The translations under genes were made by a program, and so were the position numbers. A stretch of DNA of 64,000 nucleotides from positions 15,528 to 79,527 of the forward strand of contig CALRCE010000001.1 of the NCBI GenBank assembly GCA_943354505.1, in the 5' to 3' direction. Source of the stretch: Candidatus Peribacteria bacterium. Its GTDB lineage: Bacteria; Patescibacteriota; Gracilibacteria; UBA1369; 2-02-FULL-48-14. The notes under the pieces were generated by a model, which saw only the letters and a program-made list of their open reading frames with translations, had not been told where the DNA came from and searched no databases. Shown in pieces: positions 46,699 through 56,294 of this stretch; position 1 is the first letter of the stretch, and the number at the start of each line of letters is the position of its first letter.

Positions 46699-47283
46699 AT
46701 GCACCCATGGCTATCAACAGCAGAATGGCTCATAGCCATCTTGATCCTCATTCCCACTCTTTACGCGATGCTGAGAGGAGCACCTTTCGTGCCCACTCCC
46801 ATGGAAGAAGTGCGACGCATGCTCAAGGCCGCCGAACTCAAACCCGGCGACGTGATTTACGATTTAGGCAGCGGCGACGGGCGCCTCGTGCACACCGCTT
46901 CACGGCTCTACAAAGCCAAAGCAATCGGCTACGAACTCTCCCCTCTCGTGTGGGCTTGGTCCATTTTTTTAAGTCTGTTTTGGCGCAGCAAAGCTCAGCT
47001 GAAATTTGGGAATTTTTGGAACAAAGACGTGAGCGATGCAAAAGTCATCGTCTGCTATTTGCTCCCTCCGGCCATGGAGAATTTAAAACAAAACATCCTG
47101 CCTCAACTCAAACCGGGAACTCTTTTGGTGTCTCATGCCTTTCAAATTCAAGGATGGATTCCTTATAAAGAACTGGAACGGGATCGCGAAAAAAAGCTCG
47201 CCCCAGTATGGGTTTATAAAATCGGAGCAGAAAAATCAGCTCCAAAAAGTAAGCCAAAAAAAGCCCGTTCAAAGAAAGGCTGA
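46699..47283 (+). CDS. class I SAM-dependent methyltransferase with N-terminal TM helix
   Basis: 194 aa. Motif I is GDVIYDLGSGDGRLV. Lys-rich tail. Confidence 0.8.
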   Translation: MHPWLSTAEWLIAILILIPTLYAMLRGAPFVPTPMEEVRRMLKAAELKPGDVIYDLGSGDGRLVHTASRLYKAKAIGYELSPLVWAWSIFLSLFWRSKAQLKFGNFWNKDVSDAKVIVCYLLPPAMENLKQNILPQLKPGTLLVSHAFQIQGWIPYKELERDREKKLAPVWVYKIGAEKSAPKSKPKKARSKKG

Positions 47284-48577
47284 TCGACAGTGAAGCTCCA
47301 GGGATTTGTGCTCCTAGCAAGGCGACTTTTTCGATGCCCGCCAAAAACACCCAAGCGGGCGCCATGAACCACGAAACAAAAAAAGCGAAGAACGACGTGA
47401 GCATCGCGAGCGGAATCAGAGGCGCCACAAAGACGTTCACAAAAGGGGTGATCCACGAGGTTTGTCCAAAGCAATACAGCATGAGCGGCAAGGTCGTAAT
47501 CTGCGCCGCCACGGTGAGCAGAAAGGCTTCTTTAAACGAAGCCGCCCACGAGGGCAAGTACTCCAAGAAGTGGAGCTTCTTTTGCAGCACAGGAACGAAG
47601 GCCAGCAAACCAAAAGTGGAGAGCACCGACAGTTGAAAACCAACATCAAACAAGAAAAGGTAAGGATTCCAAAAAACCAAGAGCACGATGCTCCACAACA
47701 AGCCAAACAAAGCCATGCTCCGCCGCCCGGTGTAAAGGCCCGTGAGCGTGAGCACGCCCATCACCGCGGCGCGAATGACCGTGGACGTGGCCCCCACCAA
47801 GAGAACAAAAATCGCCAAAATCCCAACGCTGATGAAAACACGCAGCCGCAGTGGCAAAAACGAAAGCATCATAAAAACCGTAGCGATGACCAAGCTGATG
47901 TTAGAGCCCGAAATAGCGACAATGTGCAAAAGGCCCACGGTTCGAAAAGCAAGCGTCAGCTCTTCGGACATGCCTTTGCGACTGCCAAGCAACAAACCCG
48001 CTGCAAAACTGGACTCCGGCTCCGGGAGTAAAACTTGAAGTCGCTTTTCGAGAAAAGACTTGAAGGCATAGAGGCCTTTTCTAAAACTCCGTGAGCCTTC
48101 GATTCGACTTTTCACACTCGCCTCCGGCATCAAAGCCACCACGCCTTGCCTGCTCAAATAATTTCGGTACGAAGCGTCTTCCTCCTCAAGATCGGTGCGC
48201 AGTTCCAAGTCTCCTTGTAAGGTGAGTTCGTCGCCAAAATGGAGGCCCTTATACAAAGAGACCTTCGCCAGCACCTTTCCCTCATCTGTGAGGAGAGAAA
48301 CATTTTGATAGCCATCGCGCTTATCCAACTCATCCACAATCACGCCTTCGACCGTTTGAAAACCAGACTCCAGCTGCGTCTCTAACCCTTTCTCATAAGC
48401 CTGGGTTCTCAAAACACCCACGAGTACAAAACACAGAAAAAAGAGCGCTCTGCTCCGACTGCAACACGCAAAGAAAAGCAGCGTCAAAAAAACGCCAAAA
48501 TGCAAAGAATATTCGGTGACACTTTTGAAAGCCACTCCCCCTAAGAACCCGCAGACGTAAGCCAATGTTAAAAGCAT
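47108..48577 (-). CDS. comEC: ComEC/Rec2-family DNA internalisation channel (no metallo-beta-lactamase domain)
   Basis: 489 aa. Polytopic, with the competence-domain motif FRTVGLLHIVAISGSNISLV. The last 176 nt overlap the convergent methyltransferase gene. Confidence 0.85.
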   Translation of the reverse strand: MLLTLAYVCGFLGGVAFKSVTEYSLHFGVFLTLLFFACCSRSRALFFLCFVLVGVLRTQAYEKGLETQLESGFQTVEGVIVDELDKRDGYQNVSLLTDEGKVLAKVSLYKGLHFGDELTLQGDLELRTDLEEEDASYRNYLSRQGVVALMPEASVKSRIEGSRSFRKGLYAFKSFLEKRLQVLLPEPESSFAAGLLLGSRKGMSEELTLAFRTVGLLHIVAISGSNISLVIATVFMMLSFLPLRLRVFISVGILAIFVLLVGATSTVIRAAVMGVLTLTGLYTGRRSMALFGLLWSIVLLVFWNPYLFLFDVGFQLSVLSTFGLLAFVPVLQKKLHFLEYLPSWAASFKEAFLLTVAAQITTLPLMLYCFGQTSWITPFVNVFVAPLIPLAMLTSFFAFFVSWFMAPAWVFLAGIEKVALLGAQIPGASLSISLSLNGLFLAYFLELIFLLRFYKPILGRAFFRDPVPVLYKESILEFERHETPKEFPV

Positions 48578-48600
48578 AAAAGAAGACTAGCAAAAAACAC

Positions 48601-48628
48601 CTGACATTTCCCTGAAATTGCGTAAAAT
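48601..48628 (+). promoter_or_regulatory. candidate promoter CTGACA-N16-TAAAAT of the LCP gene
   Basis: The -10 box at 48623-48628 ends 7 nt before ATG 48636, which implies a leaderless mRNA and a start at 48636. Confidence 0.4.
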
Positions 48629-50090
48629 GACAAGGATGAACGCATTCCAAAAACATCCCATTCAGAGCTTCAAAAAAAAAGCCAATCTGGAAAAGAAAAT
48701 CATTAAAGCCGAAGGATGGATCCACAGCCATTGGATTCTAAGCTTGGTGGCTCTTGTTTTGGGTCTGTTGACCCTCAAAGGAGTCTACGGGAACGTCCAA
48801 TCCGGCCATCCCATTTCAGTGAAACAAATCTTCATGCAAGCCGTGGGGAATGGATTGGAGACGGACGGCATGGGCCACACCAACATCCTTCTACTAGGAG
48901 TGGGCGGTGAAGGACACGACGGCGAAAATCTCACCGACACGATGATCGTGGCCACCATCGACGACAGCCAAAACACCGTGACCATGGTTTCACTCCCTCG
49001 AGACCTGTACGTCGAAAACGAGCGCGTGGGCTGGGGCGGACGGCTCAACGGAATTTACGAAGACATCTATGACCAAGAAGAAGACCCCGTGGATGCCGAG
49101 GCTGTGTTAGAAGAGCAGATCGAAGAAATAATGGGCATCGACATTCAATACTACGCCAAAATCGACTTCACCGGTTTCAAAGAAATCGTGGATGCCGTGG
49201 GCGGCGTGACCGTCGAGGTGACGGAAGTCATTTCCGACGACTTCTATCCCGCCGATCCAGACTCCGGCGTCACCTACGATCCTTTTTATCTTTCCGTCGG
49301 CACTCACACCTTTGATGGCGAAACCGCTCTTAAGTACGTTCGCAGCCGTCACAACACCTCCGATTTTAGCCGCGCACTTCGCCAACAAGAAGTGATTCAG
49401 GCCCTCAAAGACCAGGCTCTAAGCTTAGGGGTTTTAACCAGCCCCAGCAAAATCAAAGATGTGTACTACGCCGTCTCAAATAATTTTGAAACAAACCTGA
49501 GCCTGAGCGAGTTGCTCTCTTTAGCCGACGTGGCCACAAACCTTGAAGCAGACTCCATTCAAAGCGCCGTGATCAGCGACGCGGCCTACGAAACCGGCGG
49601 GTTTCTGTACACCCCTGAACGCGAAGAAGGCGACCCTTACTACCTCGTTCCTTTCGCGGGAGATTTCAGTGAATTCGCCCAGTTCGCTCAACTCTTTTTG
49701 TACCACCCCGAAATTTCAAAAGACGCGGTGCCGATTCGCATCTTGAACGGAACCAAAACTGAAAGTTTAGCCGGGCTCACCAAAATGATGCTCGTGCGTT
49801 ACGGATTCAACGTCTCCACTCACTACGGAAATGCCGACTCCAACGACCTCGAAAAAACTCAAATCTATGTGCGTCAACAAAGCAGCAACACCGAAGCCAG
49901 CAAGGCAGATCAGGCCAAGACAGACAACACCGCTAAGCTTCTTCCGCTGCTCATCGATGGTGAAATCAGTGCCGACCTCCCTCCCAGCCTTGCAGCGGAG
50001 TCGGACGAAGAAATCGTGATCGTGCTGGGGGCCGACTTTGCCGAATACTACAAAGAGCACAGCGAACTCTTTTACATTGGCTTTTACTGA
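48618..50090 (+). CDS. LCP (LytR-CpsA-Psr) family cell-envelope phosphotransferase
   Basis: N-terminal TM segment. NILLLGVGGEGHDGENLTDTMIVATID...MVSLPRDLYV plus a LytR_C-like tail. The start is ambiguous: TTG 48618, ATG 48627 or ATG 48636. Confidence 0.88.
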   Translation: MRKMTRMNAFQKHPIQSFKKKANLEKKIIKAEGWIHSHWILSLVALVLGLLTLKGVYGNVQSGHPISVKQIFMQAVGNGLETDGMGHTNILLLGVGGEGHDGENLTDTMIVATIDDSQNTVTMVSLPRDLYVENERVGWGGRLNGIYEDIYDQEEDPVDAEAVLEEQIEEIMGIDIQYYAKIDFTGFKEIVDAVGGVTVEVTEVISDDFYPADPDSGVTYDPFYLSVGTHTFDGETALKYVRSRHNTSDFSRALRQQEVIQALKDQALSLGVLTSPSKIKDVYYAVSNNFETNLSLSELLSLADVATNLEADSIQSAVISDAAYETGGFLYTPEREEGDPYYLVPFAGDFSEFAQFAQLFLYHPEISKDAVPIRILNGTKTESLAGLTKMMLVRYGFNVSTHYGNADSNDLEKTQIYVRQQSSNTEASKADQAKTDNTAKLLPLLIDGEISADLPPSLAAESDEEIVIVLGADFAEYYKEHSELFYIGFY

Positions 50091-50105
50091 AGCTAAACTA
50101 CATCC

Positions 50106-50978
50106 ATGTTTCAAAGCCTGATTTCTCTTCTGCTGGCCAGTGCCTTGAGTTTCTCTTCCGTTCACGCTGAACCAGAGCTCAGCTTCAATGCAAAAAGCCT
50201 CTTGAGCGTTTCCCCCCTCCCCGTACAAAGAGAAGACATGGTTTCCCCAGGAGAGCTCTATGCCAAAAGCGCCCTGGCCATCGACTTAGAAACCCAAAGT
50301 TTTTTGTATGAAAAAAACAGTTACGAACGCAGGCCCATCGCCAGTCTCACCAAACTGATGACGGCTTACATCGTCTTGAAAGAAAACGACCCCAGCAGCA
50401 TCGTGACGGTGAGCGAGCATGCCGCCGGAACCGAAGGGTCTCGAATGGGACTGCACACCGGCGAACGCATCAGCGTTCGCAACCTATTGTACGGACTCCT
50501 GATAGAATCCGGGAACGACGCCGCCACCGCGCTTGCGGAATTCAACGCCGGCGACGAAACCACCTTCATCCAAAAAATGAACGACGAGGCGAAAAACTTA
50601 GGCCTTGAAAACACGCACTACGCCAACACCACGGGCCTCGACAATTCCAACGCCTACTCCACGGCTCACGATCTTTTGGTGCTCAGTTCCCACCTATTAG
50701 AAGACGACGGGGTGCGTGAAATTGTGAAAAATTCCAGCTATGAAGTGAGCGGCGAAGACGGGGAAGTCCACAAACTCACCAACACCAACATTTTGCTCGG
50801 ACAACTCGGAATCGAGGGGATGAAAACCGGCACCACAAAAAGTGCAGGCGAGTGTTTGGTCGCTCTCGCAAAAAATCCCGACGGACACGAAATCTTAACG
50901 GTTGTACTCGGCAGCTCCGACCGTTTCATCGACACCAAGATGTTGGTGGATTGGATTTATAGAGCTTACATTTGGTGA
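50106..50978 (+). CDS. D-alanyl-D-alanine carboxypeptidase (S11, PBP5-like)
   Basis: Signal peptide. SxxK (ASLTKLMT), SxN (ESGND), KTG (MKTGTT). Confidence 0.9.
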   Translation: MFQSLISLLLASALSFSSVHAEPELSFNAKSLLSVSPLPVQREDMVSPGELYAKSALAIDLETQSFLYEKNSYERRPIASLTKLMTAYIVLKENDPSSIVTVSEHAAGTEGSRMGLHTGERISVRNLLYGLLIESGNDAATALAEFNAGDETTFIQKMNDEAKNLGLENTHYANTTGLDNSNAYSTAHDLLVLSSHLLEDDGVREIVKNSSYEVSGEDGEVHKLTNTNILLGQLGIEGMKTGTTKSAGECLVALAKNPDGHEILTVVLGSSDRFIDTKMLVDWIYRAYIW

Positions 50979-50988
50979 TCCCTCCCCT

Positions 50989-52047
50989 ATGTTTCCCATC
51001 ACAGATACGGTCAGACACCTCATCCTGATCATCGGTTCCGGACTCCTCGCCTTTGTGACGGCCTTTCTCATGGCAGAACCGTTCATCGGCTGGCTGGTTA
51101 AAAATAAACTGGGCAAAAACATACGCACCGTGACCAGCGACGGAAAAAGTGCGGACCTCTTCCACGCACTCCACAGCAAAAAAGCCGGCACACCCACCAT
51201 GGGAGGCATCCTCATTTGGGGCAGCACTCTCGTCGTCGTCTTTCTATCTAGAGCCCTCTCCTACCTCGGCTTGTTTGAGCACTCCCTTTTGAATCGCCGT
51301 GAAACTTATCTCGCCTTGGGCACCCTCGTTTCGGTGGCACTCCTCGGAGTGATCGACGACCTCTACAACATCCGCGGCTGGGGCAAAAGTCACGGACTCA
51401 ACATCAAACCCAAAATGATTTGGCTGCTGCTCTTTGCCCTCGTCGGAGCTTTGTGGTTTTATTTCAAGCTCGGCTTCAATGAGATCCACGTGCCGGGCAT
51501 CGGCGACTTCGGCTTGGGCTGGCTCTACATTCCTTTGTTCATTTTCATCATCGTGGGAAGCTCCAACGCCATGAACTTCACCGATGGCCTCGACGGACTC
51601 GCCGGCGGCCTTTCTGTCATCGCTTTTGGCGCCTACAGCGCACTGGCCTACGCTCACGGCATGCTCATCCTTTCGGCCTTTTGCGCCGTGGTAGCGGGCG
51701 CCAGTCTTGCCTTTTTATGGTTCAACATTCCTCCCGCCCGTTTTTACATGGGAGACACCGGTTCCATCGCCCTCGGAGCAACCTTGGGGGTCATCGCCAT
51801 GCTCACGGACACGGTCTTCATCCTTCCCTTCCTCGCTTTTATCCCCGTGATCGAAACCTTGAGTGTGATTCTGCAGCTCACTTCAAAAAAACTCTTCGGC
51901 AAAAAAATCTTCCGCATCGCACCGCTGCACCATCACTTCGAACAAGTCGGCTGGCCCGAATCTCAAGTGGTCATGCGTTTTTGGATCGTGGGCGCACTGG
52001 TGGCAACCCTCGGCCTCGTGCTGGGTTTCGTGGGGATGGGAAACTAG
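50989..52047 (+). CDS. mraY: phospho-N-acetylmuramoyl-pentapeptide transferase
   Basis: GTPTMGGILIW, NAMNFTDGLDGLAGG, MGDTGSIALGA, APLHHHFE. I prefer ATG 50989, just after the upstream stop, over the track start 50902. Confidence 0.95.
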   Translation: MFPITDTVRHLILIIGSGLLAFVTAFLMAEPFIGWLVKNKLGKNIRTVTSDGKSADLFHALHSKKAGTPTMGGILIWGSTLVVVFLSRALSYLGLFEHSLLNRRETYLALGTLVSVALLGVIDDLYNIRGWGKSHGLNIKPKMIWLLLFALVGALWFYFKLGFNEIHVPGIGDFGLGWLYIPLFIFIIVGSSNAMNFTDGLDGLAGGLSVIAFGAYSALAYAHGMLILSAFCAVVAGASLAFLWFNIPPARFYMGDTGSIALGATLGVIAMLTDTVFILPFLAFIPVIETLSVILQLTSKKLFGKKIFRIAPLHHHFEQVGWPESQVVMRFWIVGALVATLGLVLGFVGMGN

Positions 52048-52050
52048 AAG

Positions 52051-53778
52051 CTATTCTTGAAAACGAGGATCCACGGGAGTTTCTACAACAACTGGGGTTT
52101 CTTCCACCGCTTGAATATCAATCACCACGGTGTCCACAGGCGTTTGGATCTGTTCTTGCACCGCATCAAATTGTTCGGACAACTCAGACGTCATCGGAGC
52201 ATCGTCTTTAAGATGCTCATACAAATCCTCTTGAGTGGAAAGGTTTTCCTCATTCATGTCGAAGTAGCTCGTCAAATCTCCCAACTCTTTCTCGCGCAAG
52301 CTCAGGGCCATCACGCTCAGTTCTTTGAGAACCGTGCTATTGAGATCCATGCTGTCCGAAAGTTCTGGCAAAGCCGCAATGACTTTCAACAATTGAAGGT
52401 CTGCTAGTTTTTGATCCAAAAGATCGGAAACCATCGCTTCTCTCTCCTCCATGCTCACCGTTTCCAGTTCAGCCAACAACGAAAGCGAAGATTCTTCATA
52501 CGCCTTCAAAGCCGCAACGGCCTGATCGTAGTTCCCTTCGGCAATTAAGTCGGGAACCAGCTGCAAAGGAGTGTCCATGTCCAAATGATCTTGCACCGTG
52601 AGGGCTTCTTTTTGAGCCTCATCTTCCAAGACGAGCAATTCATCAGAAACCGAGGTGGCCTGAACTTGATCCACCGTTTCTTGATAAACCTGCAAAACGG
52701 CAGCAGCAGATTCTTCATCCCCTTGAGCCAAAAGAACTTGGGCTTCGTTCAAACGAGACTCCGCTTGCTGAATCAAAAGATCTTGTTTAGCGGCATCGGT
52801 GAACGCAAAAGAAACCTGCAAATCTTCTCTAAACGTTTTTAAGACATAGAAGGGATTGCCCGGCAGAATCAAGGCATGACTGACGTTCTCTTGTTGGTAA
52901 CTTTCATCCAAGGTACGTGCATACGATTTTCCGTAGGCCAAATTGAAGGTCCACCACACATCTTTCTGTTCTTCCTCAGATACTTCCTTGCTCAGGATTT
53001 CATCAGACACCGTAAGTTCGGCACCCTGCCCTAGAATTCCCGTGTAGGCGTTCTCTCCAGCAGTCACTTCCAAATCCACCAAATTGCGTGCCACCTCCAC
53101 GGTCGATTCTTCTTCAGAAACCTGAACATCAAAACTGGACCGCTGACTCACCCAAACCTTTCCTTGAGGGAAATTGACGGTGAAACTGGCGTCATCCGTT
53201 AGGTTCACCACTTGAGACCAGGACCGTCCCCACTCTTGAGTGAGCTCCACTCGGCTGTTGCTGCGGTTGGAAGGATCGATCCATGCGTCCACAATGTCTA
53301 CTTTGGAGGAAGGCCCCAGCGTCAAACGGCTGTCGTCCACAAAGCTCAAATGCGCCATGGATCCTTCGCCTGTTTCAACGGTGTCCCCCACTTGCAGGGT
53401 TGCCATGTCAGTGACGCGGACTCCATTCACGTAGACATCCCCTTCCACCAATTCGAGCGTATTTTGCGAAGAAGCGGACGCACTAGGAGTCAAATCCATG
53501 AGGGGAACAAAAAGGGTCCCCATGAGGAGCCCCAGCGTACCAAAAGAAACCAATCGTGCAGGAAAGAAACCCTGCTGAGAGGGCTCACGTTCAGGAAGCA
53601 GGTCCAAAAGACGTTCCTTGGCTTGCACTTTCTTAAGCTGCGAAGGTTTAAGGTCGTTCACCCCAAAACGCAAAGCCGAAAAAACAGGGAAAAATCGAGG
53701 ATTTCCACGTTCAGGCAGTTTCGCTTCCAGACTCTTCCAGATGCGTTTCTTCGCGAGTTCGATGTTGGGTTCTTTCAT
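52051..53778 (-). CDS. anti-sigma-factor-like membrane protein (FecR-like + DUF5667-like helical domain)
   Basis: 575 aa immediately downstream of the ECF sigma gene. One TM segment (LVSFGTLGLLMGTLFVPL). FecR-like region GDVYVNGVRVTDMATLQVGDTVETGEGSMAHLSFVDDSRLTLGPSSKV. Long helical C-terminus NPFYVLKTFREDLQVSF... (domain name from memory). Confidence 0.55.
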   Translation of the reverse strand: MKEPNIELAKKRIWKSLEAKLPERGNPRFFPVFSALRFGVNDLKPSQLKKVQAKERLLDLLPEREPSQQGFFPARLVSFGTLGLLMGTLFVPLMDLTPSASASSQNTLELVEGDVYVNGVRVTDMATLQVGDTVETGEGSMAHLSFVDDSRLTLGPSSKVDIVDAWIDPSNRSNSRVELTQEWGRSWSQVVNLTDDASFTVNFPQGKVWVSQRSSFDVQVSEEESTVEVARNLVDLEVTAGENAYTGILGQGAELTVSDEILSKEVSEEEQKDVWWTFNLAYGKSYARTLDESYQQENVSHALILPGNPFYVLKTFREDLQVSFAFTDAAKQDLLIQQAESRLNEAQVLLAQGDEESAAAVLQVYQETVDQVQATSVSDELLVLEDEAQKEALTVQDHLDMDTPLQLVPDLIAEGNYDQAVAALKAYEESSLSLLAELETVSMEEREAMVSDLLDQKLADLQLLKVIAALPELSDSMDLNSTVLKELSVMALSLREKELGDLTSYFDMNEENLSTQEDLYEHLKDDAPMTSELSEQFDAVQEQIQTPVDTVVIDIQAVEETPVVVETPVDPRFQE

Positions 53779-53811
53779 AGCACTGTATAAAACGAAAAAA
53801 TCGTCGGTTTA

Positions 53812-54384
53812 TTACAAAAACTCTTTTTCTAAGCCCTTTTCTGCCAAAATCGTCTTGAGCTCCTTGAGCGCCCTGAATTGAAGCACACGGATATTGCCCT
53901 CCCTTTCTCCTAAAATTTCTGCAATTTCTGGGTTCGACAGTCCAATCAGAAATTTAAGAGTAACTACCTGTTTGTAGGGTTCCTTGAGTTGGTCCACAGC
54001 GGCGCGCACTTCCTTGCTCATCATGTTCTTTTCAGTAGTGGCCTTAGGGGCATTGTTTTCGGACTTGTCCTCCAAACGCTCATCCATCGAAGCCAGGCTG
54101 CGATGTTGGCGGCGGAAATCGATGATCGCGTTATGCGCAATTCTAAAGAGCCAGGCCGAAAATTGAACGTCGCGTTTTTCATACTTCTCCAAATTCATCC
54201 ACGCTTTAATGAAAACCAACTCGCACAAATCGTCCGCTTCAGAAGCGGGCACACGAAAAAAGATGTACTTATAAATGGATTCAAAGTACAAATCGTAGAG
54301 TTTACCGAAGGCTTCTTTGTCCCCTTCCTGGGCGGCAAAAACCAAGGCATCAACATCAAAAGGATTTGGTGTGCTTGCGGACAT
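53812..54384 (-). CDS. ECF-type RNA polymerase sigma factor
   Basis: 190 aa. Region 2 is FGKLYDLYFESIYKYIFFRV...FSAWLFRIAHNAIIDFRR. Region 4 HTH is LSNPEIAEILGEREGNIRVLQFRALKELK. Confidence 0.9.
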   Translation of the reverse strand: MSASTPNPFDVDALVFAAQEGDKEAFGKLYDLYFESIYKYIFFRVPASEADDLCELVFIKAWMNLEKYEKRDVQFSAWLFRIAHNAIIDFRRQHRSLASMDERLEDKSENNAPKATTEKNMMSKEVRAAVDQLKEPYKQVVTLKFLIGLSNPEIAEILGEREGNIRVLQFRALKELKTILAEKGLEKEFL

Positions 54385-54424
54385 GGAGTGGATTTAGCGT
54401 GACACTCCCTCAGGAGCAGTCCAA

Positions 54425-55327
54425 CTATAGCACAGCCGCGCAAACTTTTTCCACTTCTTCCTTGACGCCCAAATAGACCGGCGTCTTTTGTGTCAGCGAT
54501 GAGATTTGAAGGTCGAGGATGGAGCTTTTCCCATTGCTGCTAGCGCCTCCCGCCTGTTCCATCAAAAACGCCATGGGCCCACATTCGTACATCAATCGAA
54601 GCTTCCCATCGGGAGCACTGGGCATGCCCGGATACATAAAAATCCCACTGCCTTTTTTGAAAATATGATTGATGTCCGGGACCATCCCTCCCGAGTAGCG
54701 AAGGGTGTATTTTTCTTTAATGAAGCTCGCCACCAAGTTGAAGTAGTCCTCGCGCTCCGCGGTGGCACGCAAGTTTCCGGGTGCAAAATATTTTTTGCCC
54801 GCAGTCACTGCCACCTCTTCGGTCACGAGCACCCAGCCTTCTTCGGTGAGCAAAAACTCCTGCACCCCTTTGCCAACCGAAAGCATCACCGTGGTGCGAG
54901 GTCCATAGACCGCGTAGAGCGCCGCCACTTGTTCGCGAGGCGTGTGCCCAAGCACATCCGCTACCGGATAAATTCCAACGATCGTTCCCACCGAAAAGTT
55001 CACATCAAACAAACTGGATCCGTCGAGCGGATCGTGAAAGACGCTGAACTGGCCGTCGATCGACGCCGGCTGCAGTCCATCTTGTTCTTCACTGCAATAC
55101 GTCACCACATAAGGGTTCGTACTGAGCGTGCGGTTCATGATTTCATCCGCCTTCACATCCATCGCAATTTGCTCTTCCCCATAGGCATTCTTGCTGCCGG
55201 CTTTTAGCGTGCTCGCACCAAGGATGGACTTGGAAATTTCTTCAATCGCCCGCCCAAGCTCCACGAGCAGTTCAGCGAGGGCTGGACTGGAGCCTTTTTG
55301 GATGAGAAAGTCGTAGATCATGAGCAC
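54425..55327 (-). CDS. fbp: fructose-1,6-bisphosphatase class 1
   Basis: DPLDGSS metal site and GKLRLMYECGPMAFLMEQAGG. GTG 55327 lies 12 nt after an AGGAGG; ATG 55321 is an alternative start. Confidence 0.9.
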   Translation of the reverse strand: MLMIYDFLIQKGSSPALAELLVELGRAIEEISKSILGASTLKAGSKNAYGEEQIAMDVKADEIMNRTLSTNPYVVTYCSEEQDGLQPASIDGQFSVFHDPLDGSSLFDVNFSVGTIVGIYPVADVLGHTPREQVAALYAVYGPRTTVMLSVGKGVQEFLLTEEGWVLVTEEVAVTAGKKYFAPGNLRATAEREDYFNLVASFIKEKYTLRYSGGMVPDINHIFKKGSGIFMYPGMPSAPDGKLRLMYECGPMAFLMEQAGGASSNGKSSILDLQISSLTQKTPVYLGVKEEVEKVCAAVL

Positions 55328-55363
55328 AGAATAACGCCGCCTCCTGTGAAACGCAAACGACCA

Positions 55364-56221
55364 CTAAGTCGGCCTATAGAGAGCAACGAACTGATCAATG
55401 AAGCGCTTGTCCGTCGTCATATCCGCCTCACTACGTAAAGTCCAGTCACTGGGACTCGCCTCTTCGTTTTCAATCAGACTCAAATGAGCCAGTCGTTCAT
55501 GCTCCGTACAAAGTCCATGCAGCCTCGCAGGGTCGTGTACTTTTTCGAGCCCCCAACGTTGCGTATGATGAAGCGAAGTCGCCACTTTCACACAGCCAGG
55601 GTAGGCACACAGTCCACCTGAACGTGAGCGAACCTGGCGCTGAATGTGAAGAGGAATGTGACGAGACGAAGTTTTCACCACCTCAGGAAGATCAGTAGGT
55701 TTTTCTGAAACCCCAGCAAGCAGTTTTTCCATGAGCTCTTCCCAAGTGCCAGCTCCTTTGAGTCGTTTCAACTTTTCAACCATCGCCGGTGACAAATCGA
55801 TGGTGAGTTTTACAGATTGAGTTTCCGTACTAGTACGGGATTCCAACCTATAGTTTTTCACATAAGTCTCTAAAGTATTCTTAGACATGGACTTGGCCTT
55901 TTCCGCCCAAAAATCTTGGGTTTCGAGAGTGACAACTCCTAGAACAGGTCTGACTCGATTAACGCCAGCAACTTCGATCACCGCTTCCAACGCCGGAAAA
56001 GTTTCCACCTTTTTCATAATACGAAGGCCATCTTCCACCGTAGACCGACTCATCCCTACCAACTTAGCCGCATATTCGAAAATACTACCGAAACCCTTTT
56101 TATGCCAAATTTCCCGACGTTCGATCTCAGGCAAAAGCAGCACACATTTGCGCATCCACTCTCGGGCATTTTGGCCATACTCAGAAAACTGCTGATGAAG
56201 TTGTTGGTCTTTTTGATCCAT
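55364..56221 (-). CDS. HNH endonuclease domain protein
   Basis: 285 aa. The C-terminal HNH module is IPLHIQRQVRSRSGGLCAYPGCVKVATSLHHTQRW...HDPARLHGLCTEHERLAH. Helical N-terminal region. Confidence 0.85.
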   Translation of the reverse strand: MDQKDQQLHQQFSEYGQNAREWMRKCVLLLPEIERREIWHKKGFGSIFEYAAKLVGMSRSTVEDGLRIMKKVETFPALEAVIEVAGVNRVRPVLGVVTLETQDFWAEKAKSMSKNTLETYVKNYRLESRTSTETQSVKLTIDLSPAMVEKLKRLKGAGTWEELMEKLLAGVSEKPTDLPEVVKTSSRHIPLHIQRQVRSRSGGLCAYPGCVKVATSLHHTQRWGLEKVHDPARLHGLCTEHERLAHLSLIENEEASPSDWTLRSEADMTTDKRFIDQFVALYRPT

Positions 56222-56237
56222 GTCCGCACTCTACCAT

Positions 56238-56263
56238 AAAAGGTGAGCATATGCTCACCTTTT
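56238..56263 (-). terminator. intrinsic (bidirectional) terminator after fba
   Basis: 26-nt perfect palindrome AAAAGGTGAGCAT/ATGCTCACCTTTT, giving a 7-bp GC-containing stem, an AUAU loop, and A4/T4 flanks. Confidence 0.65.
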
Positions 56264-56294
56264 GACTGGACTCGATCTCAAAAAATTGCAGAAT

